A DNA stretch of 64,000 nucleotides. Source: Phoronis australis. Lineage: Eukaryota; Animalia; Phoronida. This document shows positions 44,999-58,100 of the stretch, in pieces. The stretch covers positions 124,001 through 188,000 of the forward strand of contig NMRA01000623.1 of the NCBI GenBank assembly GCA_002633005.1, written 5' to 3'. The position numbers were made by a program, and so were the translations under genes. Numbering within the stretch: position 1 is the first letter of the stretch; every line of letters begins with the position of its first letter. The notes beneath the pieces are model-generated. The model worked only from the letters and a program-made list of their open reading frames with translations. It searched no databases and was not told the DNA's origin.

Positions 44999-46815
44999 CC
45001 ACCTGCACCCTTTTTTAACAAAATCCTTCAGAGTTGGACAACCCCAAAATTCCGGATGTAAGAATTGCCATATTCGACAACATAAGACCAGGTAAGTGTG
45101 GTTACTATTTTGTATGCCCTAAAGTGCTTCGTTTAAGAGTTCAACGTTCACAGTTATATAATCACCCACAAACTAATTGACGAAACACGCAGTCTTGCCG
45201 AAGTGAAAAACTTTTTTAATTCTTTGAAAACTTTTTTGAAAACTTTCCACAACAAACTTGGTAAAAATGAATTCGGGGAGAGTGCTTCTGTAATAGCGCA
45301 AACTCTTCAATCATTTGAAAGAACGTATTGTCTCTCTGACGTCCGAGCAAACTACTTCTGCTTTAGAGCTGGGCAACAGACGCCATAATCAATTAATGGA
45401 AGTTTTAAACTATTTCTATTAATAAACTGACCTCCGCTCCCCCCCCNNNNNNNNNNNNNNNNNNNNNNNNCCCCCCCCCCACACACACACCTCAGTAATG
45501 CCGTGTCTCACAAGTGTCGCGTAAGTGAGTAAAGGTGGATTTCAAACTGTAAGCTTTTTAAAGAGCAACAGAGCTATTGTCATAAAATTCTGTGTGTTGA
45601 TCTCAGTGTTTGTCCACACAATACTCCCATTTCTGAAGAAGTTTGCGAAGGATGATGCCGGCTAATGACGGGGACGGGAAGGGGTTCCAGATCTTCAAGA
45701 ACACAAAATCTAAAAGCTTTAAAATCAAAAAAATGAGTCGAAGGGTGGGAATTTATGAAAAATAGAACTTTTTTACTGAGCATGATTTATTCTAGAAAAT
45801 GTTAAAACTTGGCTTTCCTGGGAACAGCGAGTAACAGATCGTATTGCAATGCTCTATGAGTTGTGCTCTTTCCTTCAAAACGGTAGAATTTTTGTTTTTG
45901 TTTACAAAATGTTTCAGTAGACATACACAAGGTGCATCGAAACAAAATAAAAAAATCCATCACTGAAACAAAAGCAAAAAAGAAAATTTTGTGTGACAGT
46001 GTTTTTGAGGTTTCCCATCGAATCTTGAATATTTGTAATGAAAATTATTTCCTCGTTATGTTCATCCAAGGACTTAAATTCTACTACAACAATATGACCA
46101 AACTACCTAATCGATAGCAGTTTAGCATGTTCTTTACTTCCAAACAATTTTTAAGTTTAACTATACGACCTTCGTGATGATTGAATAATTACACAGACTT
46201 TCTTACAAGATCACTCATAAGTCATAAAATTTATAAGTGGACTTAATGTATTATGGAGATTACAAGTACTGCCTGCACAATACACAGCTTTAGATCGCTC
46301 TGCGTAGTAAATGAATGAAATAATATCTGAAACATCAGTTCACCAAAACTAAATCGCACAATTTCTTAGGTAAACAAAGGGTAATTTTCAGTGCAAAAAT
46401 TGTCGTGTTATGCCGGCAATCAAATTTGTGGTCGGATCACATTTGTGACGGAGCATTTACTCCGAAATCCAATACTAGCCTTATGGACATATGAATTCAG
46501 AAGTGTGGCATAGTAAGTACTGGAACGTGTCACTTACTTGCATGGGTATTTTGCCTACAGGCATAGTTAAGAGTGTGTTATTTTTTGGCTCTGTGCGCAT
46601 CAGTGGTGTCATTTTGGGTCTGTGATATCGGCGTGGTCAACTTGTCTGAGCGAACAAAACAAAAGTTGCCGCAGGCAGGGCTGAGGGGGAGGGTCAGTAA
46701 GGTTTTTCATTCTTGGGTATTGTCTAATGAAGTTACCATGTTGCAAATTTTAAGAATTCAGTTACCAACCAGTAAGTTTTACTTCAGTGTTGTCATTTTC
46801 TATAGCTATAGTACA

Positions 46816-47924
46816 CAGTGGCGGATCTACGTTTTCAGCAAGGGGGGGGTTTAGGATTCCCGCCAAGGTCGAATCCTAGGCGCGTGGCGCCGAGCGGGGG
46901 GAGGTCGGGAGGGAGGTTTCCCCTCCCGTGTAAGAAATTTTTTTGTTTTTGGAGCCAAATAGTGAAATTTCCATGCATCCATGTAAGTTTCTGGCACTTA
47001 ACATGTCTCTGGAGTTTTTCTTAAGATTGAAAACCCTTCTCGATTTCGTCACATGAACTTGGCACATAAGTTTCGTGAAACCATATTGTGCACATCTGGG
47101 TATGAGTCACGCCACCAGCAAAAATTTTTGTTGGAACATCTGCTTTCACACACCTTTTTTAGCATACGAAAAGTCGTATACGAAAAAGTGTGGTGTGTAT
47201 ACAGGGGTTTAGACAATTTCCAAATATTCAAGAGCATAATTAAGGAGCACCGACGGGGCGTAAAAACTTGAATATNNNNNNNNNNNNNNNNNNNNNNNNN
47301 NNNNNNNNNNNNNNNNNNNNNNNNNNNNNNNNNNNNNNNNNNNNNNNNNNNNNNNNNNNNNNNNNNNNNNNNNNNNNNNNNNNNNNNNNNNNNNNNNNNN
47401 NNNNNNNNNNNNNNNNNNNNNNNNNNNNNNNNNNNNNNNNNNNNNNNNNNNNNNNNNNNNNNNNNNNNNNNNNNNNNNNNNNNNNNNNNNNNNNNNNNNN
47501 NNNNNNNNNNNNNNNNNNNNNNNNNNNNNNNNNNNNNNNNNNNNNNNNNNNNNNNNNNNNNNNNNNNNNNNNNNNNNNNNNNNNNNNNNNNNNNNNNNNN
47601 NNNNNNNNNNNNNNNNNNNNNNNNNNNNNNNNNNNNNNNNNNNNNNNNNNNNNNNNNNNNNNNNNNNNNNNNNNNNNNNNNNNNNNNNNNNNNNNNNNNN
47701 NNNNNNNNNNNNNNNNNNNNNNNNNNNNNNNNNNNNNNNNNNNNNNNNNNNNNNNNNNNNNNNNNNNNNNNNNNNNNNNNNNNNNNNNNNNNNNNNNNNN
47801 NNNNNNNNNNNNNNNNGTGCCTTTTTTGTTTTGCTGGAGACGCTTTTGTTTTTTTTTTAATTTTTGGGTCCTGGCCCGAGGGGGGGTTTAAACCCCCTGA
47901 ACCCCCCCCGTAGATCCGCCACTA
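46816..47924. mobile_element. hAT-like non-autonomous element(s) spanning the gap
   Basis: cagtggcggatctacg ... cgtagatccgccacta; flanks gtaca/ctaca; interior partly N. Confidence 0.7.
47276..47816. other. Assembly gap
   Basis: Run of N. Confidence 1.
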
Positions 47925-48870
47925 CTACATATCGCTCTTTATGGAAACAATACAATTGAATTTCCACTGAGCAAAAGGGGACCCGAGGCCGGATTTGCTG
48001 TGATGAAATAACTACTGGGTTAGGGCTTGCAGGTGAAGGAAGAAGGTGGGGTCTGGAGTAAAAATTAAGTGCTGAATTTTGACGATGTGGTGAACAAACT
48101 TTTACGTGGTCCCATATCAAGACTTGCTTGTTTAAGGAAAATTGATGCGGGGACAACAGTCAACACTCAGCGTGGTCACCCCCGTGAAAGGTGGCGCCAG
48201 AGGTCATTTGTTACTGAGCTTACATTAAATGGCTTTTTGATAAACATTTCATTATCTATGATATTCTGACTATTAGATTTATAGATATGAAATCCTTGTG
48301 TTGGAAATGTCAAGAAACATTTTTGGAGTCATGTGATGGATTTTTTCAAATATCTCTCGTATCACCGCAATTTGACAACAGGAAGGAGGGTTAGTTGTGG
48401 CTGTTAGATTCCCTCAAAAATAGCGATATTATCAATCACAAAGCAAAGCAAATGGTTGGGTAAATTGGATGAAAAATGTTTTTGCAGCTTCATTGACGGC
48501 AAGGTTGGAGCTGCCCAAAATGTCCTGCAATGCAAAAATGACATTTTGAAAAACAGCGTCCATGATTATATTATGGCTTGATACTCAATTAACGCTGCTT
48601 TGCACCTTAAAATTTTTCATTTGGACCATGCCAAAAATTAAAGAAAAAATGTTCATCGCCGGGTTGTGTCTCACAATTGGGGCATGGGAGGCTAACACTT
48701 ACTGAAGCAAATTTTCATCCTTTTCACGACTTTAAAACACATGGTTTTGCGAAACCACTCCATGATTTCATGACAAACTGTAATATTTTGAAGTTCTCTT
48801 TGTGCCATGAGATTTTTTATGTGCAGTCTCCGAAGTACATTAACCCCACGAGCCAGACGGACAATCTTAT

Positions 48871-48918
48871 CCAATGACGTCATTTACCCAGAAGTCAACT
48901 CTAACAGTCGCCATATTG
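48871..48918 (+). promoter_or_regulatory. TSC22 proximal promoter motifs: CCAAT overlapping a palindromic CRE, plus YY1-like core
   Basis: ccaaTGACGTCA at 48871-48882 and cgccatattgg at ~48909, about 250 bp upstream of the ATG. Confidence 0.55.
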
Positions 48919-49133
48919 GTTTAGCTTCTCGTCAGTGTATGTATCGTTTCATGTTTTACAATTGGTAGCGTATGCAGATGCACTTTGTGTCGATTCTAAG
49001 TAAGTCAGCGTCAGCTAACTCATAATGGAAAAGATTTTCATTGATTGTTTTCGGGTTACCTGACAGAAACATCGGTAAATATACTCTTGATTGTTCCTGG
49101 GTCCCAAGACTTGAGTGAGGGAGGTGGTTCAAA

Positions 49134-52100
49134 ATGGCCGAGAGGGCCAACGTGAATGCTGAGAAGACGGCACAAAGCTATACAAACCAAGAATCGAATG
49201 TTCCTAATTATTCATCTGGTGACGAAACTGTGTGGAGAGATGACCAGGAAGTTAATAAAGCGAATCAATCTGCAAACACCCAGGCGAGCTTGTCAGATTT
49301 TCCGAAAAAGAAGAGTGCTTTTCAGATCACAAGTGTTAAGCCTGCAAATCAAACCGAAAATGATGTAGACTCAATGGATGACCTTGATGAAAGCCATACT
49401 GGCGATATCAGCGGTTTAGACTGGTCTAAAACTACAGATGCAGATCATGATCCATCATCAGATGACACCATAAGCTTAGCTAACGCTGATGATGTAGCCA
49501 CAAAGCCAGTAGAGGATGTTAATCAAAATAAAGAAAAGGAAAGTTCCACAAGATTTAGAGTAGTTAAAATTGAAAGTCGTGAGCCGTTTTTGAGAGGGCG
49601 ATGGAAATGTTTTGATTTTTTAGACCCTCCGCTTGGTCCACCAATCAGTGATCAAACCAAAACCAAGACAAGTGAACATAAGAAAGAGGCAGGATCTGGA
49701 AACTCTAGTGCTGCCAGCTCCATTCACTATGTACCTGGAGAGGATGATCCTGCCAAAAATCCTCTTGATGGAACTGTTGTTATTCAAGGAGACAATCAGC
49801 AGGTTATAGTTGCGTCGCCTACCAGAAGCATGGTCTCTGTGCCTGGGATCCAAGACTCAAACATTCAAGAAAACAAGTCCAAGTCACAACGTGTTGCTCA
49901 ATATTCAGTTTCCAATGACTCGGTGGGAGTGCAAAGTAATCTTGTTAGTTCAACTGAATTTCAAGCTAATAAAGCCATGACGAATAATATAAACCAGTCA
50001 GTATCACAACCAGCCAATAATAAAGCAGTGTCGAATGGCCAATCCCAGTCTTCAACAAATATTTCATCTTCACCATCGCCTAAGCAAGGACAATCAGTAT
50101 CTCAAACTGTTGTGCATTCATCGACTCAGAACCATTTTCAGCCACAAGCTCAACAGACTGTACCTGAACCCTCTGGTGTACAGACACATCAGCAGCAAAC
50201 ATTACTACAGTCTGAGCGTACACAACTAGTTGTGGCCAGTTCTAATGGTGATTTGGAACCTATAGCACCGTCAGAGCCATCTACTGGTGTAAAGCTACAA
50301 GTGCCTCAGCAGTCTGCATTAGCGTCACAGCCGGCTGCTAGTGTAAAAGCCAGTCAGTCTGTTCAGTCGACATCATCTCATCCCTCCAGTGCTCAGCCAG
50401 TACAAGCCCATGTACCCGTGCCTGTTGGTAATAGAGGTGAACCCAATAATGCCGTGGGTGCTACTTCACAAGTCAGTGTAACCAAGAGTTCCACTGGTCC
50501 TGTTGCTCCTAGTTCCAGTAAACCATTAGCTGATCTGAAGGCAACCAATAAAGAAAGTCGTCAATTACCTAGTCTTTCAAGTGCTAATGCTCAAGTTGAA
50601 ATGTTGTCGAATAGAGACTCGGCGGATATGTCGTCTGTAGAGTCAGTGTTACGAGAGACACTCCAAGGCACTATGTCTACTATATCACCGCAGCCTGGTA
50701 GTCCGACGGGAAAACGCGATTCTACAGAAGGTGCTGAAGGGTAAGTTTATAAAATGCCAGAGGTAGTACTCAAAAGATTTTGAGGAGGGAGGGGTGCATG
50801 TACTGTGTTGGTTCAACTTCTAAGTGCAATAATCTAGGGCAACAATAGCAGGACTCGATTTGGTCACCTGGTAAAAATCACAGGTCGCTATGAAGTTGTC
50901 GCGCCAAATCTGAGCACGCACTCAAACTGCTTTAGGAGGTAAACGGACGGAAGTCAACATTGTTGGGGTAAAAATCAGAAGGACCCAATATTTTTCATCT
51001 GCCTCAGGAGGTGAGCCTGTGTGCAGGATAGTTGGCCAGAGACGGTGGGATAGGTTATCACCGAGCACTCGAGATACTTTGAATTTTTCTGGGTGATCTC
51101 TGGTGCACCATTGGATTCTTTCTTTTCAGATATCTTGTTTGTTGCATTTTTGTGGCTCTTGCCAGTTGATGAGGTTTGGCGATCGCTGTCTCAGTTCATG
51201 CATGCTCTTAAGTCCTCATAAATGACATACATGTAATTTAAGTCCGTGAACAAGCCTATGTACAGTGGAGGGATACTGAGGATTGCTGTCTTGACGGAGG
51301 TTTGCATTCACCGTGTGGTTTATATTTTAGAGTAATTTAAAAACAAACGTGACGTCAGATTCATATGACATAAAAAGGTTATGTAGAACCCTAGAGAAAT
51401 TCCAAACTGGGGCTAATTTCGAAACGTCATATCTCAAAATTAGCTGATCTCCAAGTACTCCAAAACGCTGTAAAAAATTTTTAAAATGTTCCAATTTTGC
51501 ATGAAGGGATATCAAAAATAGAAGTTGTATGATTTTTATGAAAAAGTTGCTTTCAAGGAAAGCTGTAGCGTTTTTGAAATTTCATATTAAACACTTAGAT
51601 CAACTCTTGACATTACGAGCTGCAGGTCGCATTTGCGATCTGAAATTTGGAAACGCTAGCTGAGGTTTTGGCCAGCTTGTATCAATCAAGTAGTAAAATG
51701 CGACCTGGAATTTCCAACGTATGCCAGCTGAGTTTGTACACTTCTCAGCATATACCTGACAAAGTATAAAGCAACTCGTATGAATCCGACCCCTATTTGG
51801 TTGTTGCCAAATCAAGTTCAAAAGAACACTAATTGAGAACAGTCCTCCCGATGACTTGTAAGCGTGTCCTGTGAACAGGGGATAATGCAGAATTGATCTT
51901 TGACATGTTTCATTGGCTAAACAGGTAGATGCAAAATTGTGGTAAGCGAACTCTTTATTCTTCTCATACACCCCGTCAATGTTTCGCTCTCCGGACCAGT
52001 CCATAAATTTTGTCAGATTCCAATAGAAAGAACATTTGTTCAGTTGAAGTGGGCGATTAACAACAAAATTATTCCAGGTGGCCAAAAAGGGTACAGTGTA

Positions 52101-55100
52101 GGTGGTAACTATAGCCTCAGTCATCCCTACTAGATGGAATTTGCCTCGCAAAATCGTATTATAATAACATTTCTAGCTATTGCAGTCTTTCAATATCTTA
52201 TTACCACAAACATTCAGGTTAACGACTATGCTCACACACGCGTCCCATCTGCACTCTGATTTCACGTAATAAACGAAACAATTGTGAACCAAAGTTATTA
52301 AATCTAAGAAAACTTAATAAATTAAAGTTTGAAAGTCACCACAAACTTTGGTGCAATTATTGTCTGACTTTGACACTTGCTGTGGCCACTTCATGGTAAC
52401 TTGGGATTTCCCTGTGTTGCCAAACCCATGCTAAAGATGCTGCATTGAGATTAATGCCCACGAAATGCAACACCTAGCTTTCTCTTAAACAGATGGCTAT
52501 TGTTTTTCTTTTGAACGGTTTCTACTTATTTTAGACCACCATTTTTGTTATTTTTCAGTCCATTTTTTGCTGTTTGCCTCTTACTTTCCTAAACCCCTCA
52601 AAGGTTATGACAACTGGAAGATGTGCCCCTTGTGAAAAAACACTTGTGATGATGATTTTTGGACGGGTTCGACTGCTTTTGCAGTTTTGCTTTTTTGAGT
52701 CCTGTACAGAATCTCCTTAATCCCTTGCAAGATCTTTGTGACAATGCGACATTTCCTTGAATGATAATGACTGATCACAACTTTTCAACTGATCTGACTA
52801 TCGTTGTGCTGCCTGGTGGCATTTTTAGTCTTTTATTTGCCTTGACAGTTTTGCCTGGATTTTGGTGAATAGATTCCTATTTGGAGGTGAGGGCACCTTT
52901 TCGCTTCACCAAGTGGCCACTGTTATTGTTTCTAGTCTGTTTTTGTTGTGTATCTGCTAAACTGCTCAGAAGATTAGATTGTGGTGAAATTTGGTAGTTG
53001 TATTCAGACTGACTAGAACATTTTTGACATTGATTTCCGGATGGGTCCAACTGCGGTAGTGCCTCCTGATGGCATTTTTGCTCTTGCAGACTGTTGCCTA
53101 GACCCAGTACAGGATCTTTGTTCAATTTGGCAAGTGCATTCCATTAACTTTACAACAGATGAACAGATCAAGTTACTGTTCTGCATCCTACTGGGATGTG
53201 TATTTTATGTTTGCCTTGGTGTCTTTCGAGTTTTACATTACAGATTTTTGTGAAATGTTGCTAACAGTTTTGTATTAAGGAAACGATGACGCCTTCCAAT
53301 TTTCAAACACTTTCAACATAGAATTCAAATTCCAAGTGTTTATCGAAAGGCATACCATGTTTTTACGTCCTACCAACAACAAGAATAATGACCACTCTGA
53401 AATATTTTTTTGTATAATTTTGAAAAGTTTGAACAACAAACTGAATTCTTGTTAAAAAGGCAAATTTTGTCAGGCCACCATTTCTCACACGGTGGAACTG
53501 TTGACTTCATTTTTATCCATGTCACTCTGAGAAAACATCAAAATTGTAATGACTGCAGTAACACGTAATGTTGGAACCACCCTGTTTTTTACTGTAGTAA
53601 CGCCTATCCTATTAACACGCCATTAGACCCATAGGCTTCTGTACGGAACTGCGCTTATATCTGAACCTCTTGGGTAAGAAAGGCGACAAGAAAGGCATTA
53701 TTTTTATATAGGTCCATTGGCCTAAAGGTACAGCAATATGGTAATGGTGGAACTGCTCAGTTTCAGACAGCAGTGATACTTAATGGTAAAACTGTCTTGT
53801 GATTGACTACAGTGACATCTAATAGTAAAACTGCCTTGTTTTTGACTGCAGTGGAACTACCTTGTTTTTGACTGTAGTGACACCCAATGGGGGAACTGCC
53901 TTGTTCTTTGGATGGCTACATCTAGGAGCCTGTTTGCCAATCCAGATTTAATGGAGTGAAATCTATCTAGCCAAAGGCAAGCTCTTTAAAGTTTTGACAC
54001 CACTGTTAAGTTGGTTGATTCTCATATTTTTTGCAAAATACTTGGCCTTTCGAATCTGATAGTGGCTTGCGTTCTGGGGTTCTAATTCTAAAGTCCATAT
54101 CTTGAGGGTAGTTTTCTTAATTGCTTTCAATGTTTGTCTTGGACGTCTCATTTTCGAATTATTCAGGATTTTCTGTTGACGCTGTTCCTTTGTTGACTGA
54201 TTTTTATGCGCCCACATATTTACATGTGGACGCATTATGCCGTCATCTGCGTCCGTTCGTCTGGGCGGCGTCCATCCAGCGTCCGCTGCTCTATCTCCAA
54301 AACCGATTGATGTATGCTCATGAAATTTTGCATGTGTTCCTTTCATGGATGGGACGGCATGAACGAACTTTTGGACGGATCCGACTACTGGTGTGCCTCC
54401 TAGTGGCAATTTTAGTTTTTTACGTTTTCCTCTGTATCTTCAAAAGTCCTCAACGGATTTTCATAAAATTGGGTATATTTGCACCTATTATTGAGATGAG
54501 GTTATACTCCCGTTTTCAGACGGATTTGACGTAGTTTGCACCACCTAGTGGCCATTTTTACTGTTTTCGAGTCTGTTTTTTTGCGTCCACCAAACCGCTC
54601 AAAGGATGATTGTGAAAATTGACACGTATGTTCTTACTATGAAGTGGAGGGCTGACGATGATTTTGCAATGACTTCGACTACTGTGGCGTCTCCTAGTGG
54701 CAGTTTCTTTTTTTGCGCCCATAGCTGTATCTCCTAAACCGTTTGTACGATCTTTACTAAATTTAAGAAGCCTGTTTATATAATGTTGACAACGAACGAC
54801 GATGATTTTGGGATGGATCTGAGTACTGGTATGCCCCCTGGTGGCATTTTAAGTTTTACGTTTACCTCTGTATCTTCAAAGGTCCTCAACAGATTTTCAT
54901 AAAATTTTGAATATTGGCATCTATTGATGAGATGACGCTATCGTCCCGTTTTTGGATGGAATCAAGGTAATTTGCGCCTCTTAGTGGCCATTTTTGCTGT
55001 TTTTGACCAAATCATTCTAAGAATGGCTTTGAAAATTGCTGTATATGTTCTCAGTGTGAAGAGGACGATGATAACGTCTTTGACTACTCTGGCGCCTCCT

Positions 55101-58100
55101 AGTGGTAGTTTTGTTTTGTTTTGTTTTGCGCCCATAGCTGTATCTCTTAAACCTACTGGAAGAACAAGACGATGACTTTCAGGTGGATCCAATGAACACT
55201 GTGCCCCTTAATGAGATTTTCATTTTCTTCTGTTTTCCTTTGTTTCTCTGAAGTTCCTTGGCGGATTTCTATGAAATTTGGAATTTGGTGTATTGCTTTC
55301 TAATAAAGAAGCAATGGCATGTTCCCATTTTCGGACGGATTGTATGTTTTTGCGCCATCTAGATTTTTGCTGCACTTTGTTGCTTTACCTTCTGTTGAAC
55401 AAGGCTATATTTCTTACTCATCTCTGACATCTTCAGTAGTCACTTGATTGTTATCATCATGTTTATAATTGCCACCACCATCATCTTTATCATTCTCATT
55501 ATCATCTCCATTGTCAATTTTTCTATCCAATTTCTCCAAATGTCAATCCTCCGAGTGCTGTTCGCACTCTACTGGTCGCATTTTTCGTCCGACTTGCACG
55601 AAATTCACACACAACCTCTAGCTTTGGAAAAGCTCGAACCCTATTGTTTTCGTCATGATCGGATTAAAGATGGCGAACATGGCAGCCATTTTGTTTTCCA
55701 ATTCAGACTCTAATGCGCATAGAGGCCGTAATTTTTGACGTATTTTGGCTTTTAATTTAAAAAAATATAAAAATTTGAAATTTTTCAATTTTTTTTTTAA
55801 TTTTGTGAGACTAGTGTGCTAGAGAGAGAGAGTTTTGAACCGGCTTTTAGAAGATGTTTTCCATTTTTCATTAAGACACCTTGTTTTCGAATTATTTGGG
55901 ATTTTCTGATGACTCTGTTCCTTTGTTGACTGATTTTTGTTGCACTATTGTTGGTTTTCCTTCTTTTGAACAAGACCATATTTCTTACTCATTTCTGACA
56001 TCTTCATACGTCATATGAATGTTATCATTACATTCATCATTGCCACAATCATCATCATCATCATCATCACTGTCATCATCGTTATTGTCATCATCATCTC
56101 AATTGTCATCTTTTCACTCAATTTCGCCAAGTGTTGCTCCTCCGAGCGCTTTCATTATTCGATTTTGCCAAGTGTTGCTCCTCAGTCCTCAGAGCTCTTT
56201 CCTTGAAAGTTTACTTTGCTAACATTTAGGGTGTAATATAACGGTACCATTAAATCAGAACATTTTGAAATGCTTAAAATTGACTAATGCACTGAATTCT
56301 TAGAACATGGATTGCTGTTAGCATATTTTTAGGGACTAGGTGTGTGTTGATGAAAGTCTCATAATAAAAGCAATTTAATCTGTTATCACATACCCATCCC
56401 ATCTAGCAAGTAAAAAATTATCACCCCTAGTTTTTTTGCCCATTCCTCTGAGGGGGGGAAGGAATAAACCCAGTACAAAATAGGATTTTTGGTGACCTTA
56501 CGAGTTTTGCTGACAACTGTCTGATTATTTATATTTCTTATCTCTAGTCTTAAAAAATGTTTTCTGTGAGATTTGAGTCCAGGTACCTGAATGTATTGAA
56601 TTGGGTAACAGTGCCCCCTGTTAGATAATAATTGATGTTTTTATGTAATTTGAGATGTTTGCAATCAATATGTTTGTGTGCCTTGAGTGAGGTCAATGGC
56701 AGGTCACAAATGATCATTGCCTGGTATTGCCTGCCTCGCCCTATGAGTCAGGTCGGTTGTGCAATGAATATTCATTGGCTGGATGAAGGTTGTGGACTGT
56801 TTATAGCATGTTGATCTAGTATTCTGTCTGCATTGAGCATCAGTGGCATTATGATGAGTGTGGTTGTCTGGTGATAAACTCAAGATATTCAAGGATATTT
56901 GTTGTTGTTGTTGTTCAGTGCTAAAATGCAACATTTTGGTCCTGCTGAAATGGAGAAATGTTGTCTGCTAAATATTGACTATTCTTCTCGCTTACCGGAT
57001 GCAAATCTGTTTTCGCGTGAAGTCGACGACTTTGAGGACATTTTGGTGGCTAGTTACTGTGTCCTCTTTAAGTCACTTGTTTGGTGGGTGTTTTTAAAAA
57101 ATTTTCTGTACTGTCCATAATTTGCTTTCTTTTTGGTAGTGGTCGGATATAACGTGCCGGCATTATGAGAACCAGTTTTCTTCACTGAATAACAGGCATC
57201 AAACTGGTTCTCAGAATACGGGCACGTTATATGCGACTATTGCCTTCTAATTTGTGTTGTGTTCTTACAACGTGCCAACTGTCTGGAAGGTGTCTGACAT
57301 ACATTTTTGCATGCGTTATATAAAATCTTGTTCTAACTGAAGATGCTGCCATTTCATAAACTCCAAATTAGAAATCATGCTCTTCTATTGCTTAGCAGCA
57401 CCTAAGCTTGAGTGTTTAGAAGAGTGACATGTGTTTGTTGACACCAGCAGACACTGGCAGATAAAGGCTGGTTGACTTGTATCACATTTATACATCATGT
57501 CCTGTCACCTCCTCCATGGGCTGGCTGCTGCTGTATCTCCCTTGAGGGATTTTCATGAAAGATTGCAGAAAACGTTGTTATCTTGAATGGGATGACACAA
57601 GTGAATTTTCATACATATTGAGTACTGCTGTGTCCCCTAGTGAACTTATTAGTTTTTCCCATTTGCCTCCATCTTAGGAGTTCTTTGACATTTTTTTGAT
57701 GAAATTTGGCAGATAGGTTTCTATTGAGGTGGCAATGCCTTTCTGTTTTTGTAAAGATTCAACATGTGCCATCTAGTGACCAGTTTATGTTGGTCACAAT
57801 ATGTCAAGATCCTTGATGAATTTTCATAAAATTTGGCAAATAGGTATGTATGATGACGCCTTTCGGTTTTGGGATGGATTTGATGTGTTCTGCGCCTCCT
57901 AGTGGTCACTTTGTACTTTACCCGTTTGCTTCTATGTACCAAATTGCTAAAAAAATCTTGAAAATAAGCAGATGTGTTCTTACCAAGAGGAGAAGGATTG
58001 ACATTAACCAGAAGTTTTATTTCAGACCAAAAAGCATGACATTGTCTTGTAATATCGGGCATCAAAAGCATTGCCAAGCAATCATTTTTGCTTTTGATAA

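Noticed and set aside
45085-45098. Perfect CAG|GTAAGT donor as an upstream TSC22 or lncRNA exon
   Set aside because: A lone motif among transposon remnants with no supporting acceptor or ORF.
47268-47891. 207-aa ORF
   Set aside because: Almost entirely N gap.
53963-55192. ORFs with repeated LPLGGA / RLLVAI peptides
   Set aside because: Translations of the ccactaggaggc repeat motif on either strand.
55444-56222. Poly-Ile/poly-Ser hydrophobic ORFs
   Set aside because: Translations of (ATC)n microsatellites.
56560-57120. Alternative first exon for a short TSC22 isoform
   Set aside because: Expected from family biology, but I found no ATG plus phase-2 donor I could defend.
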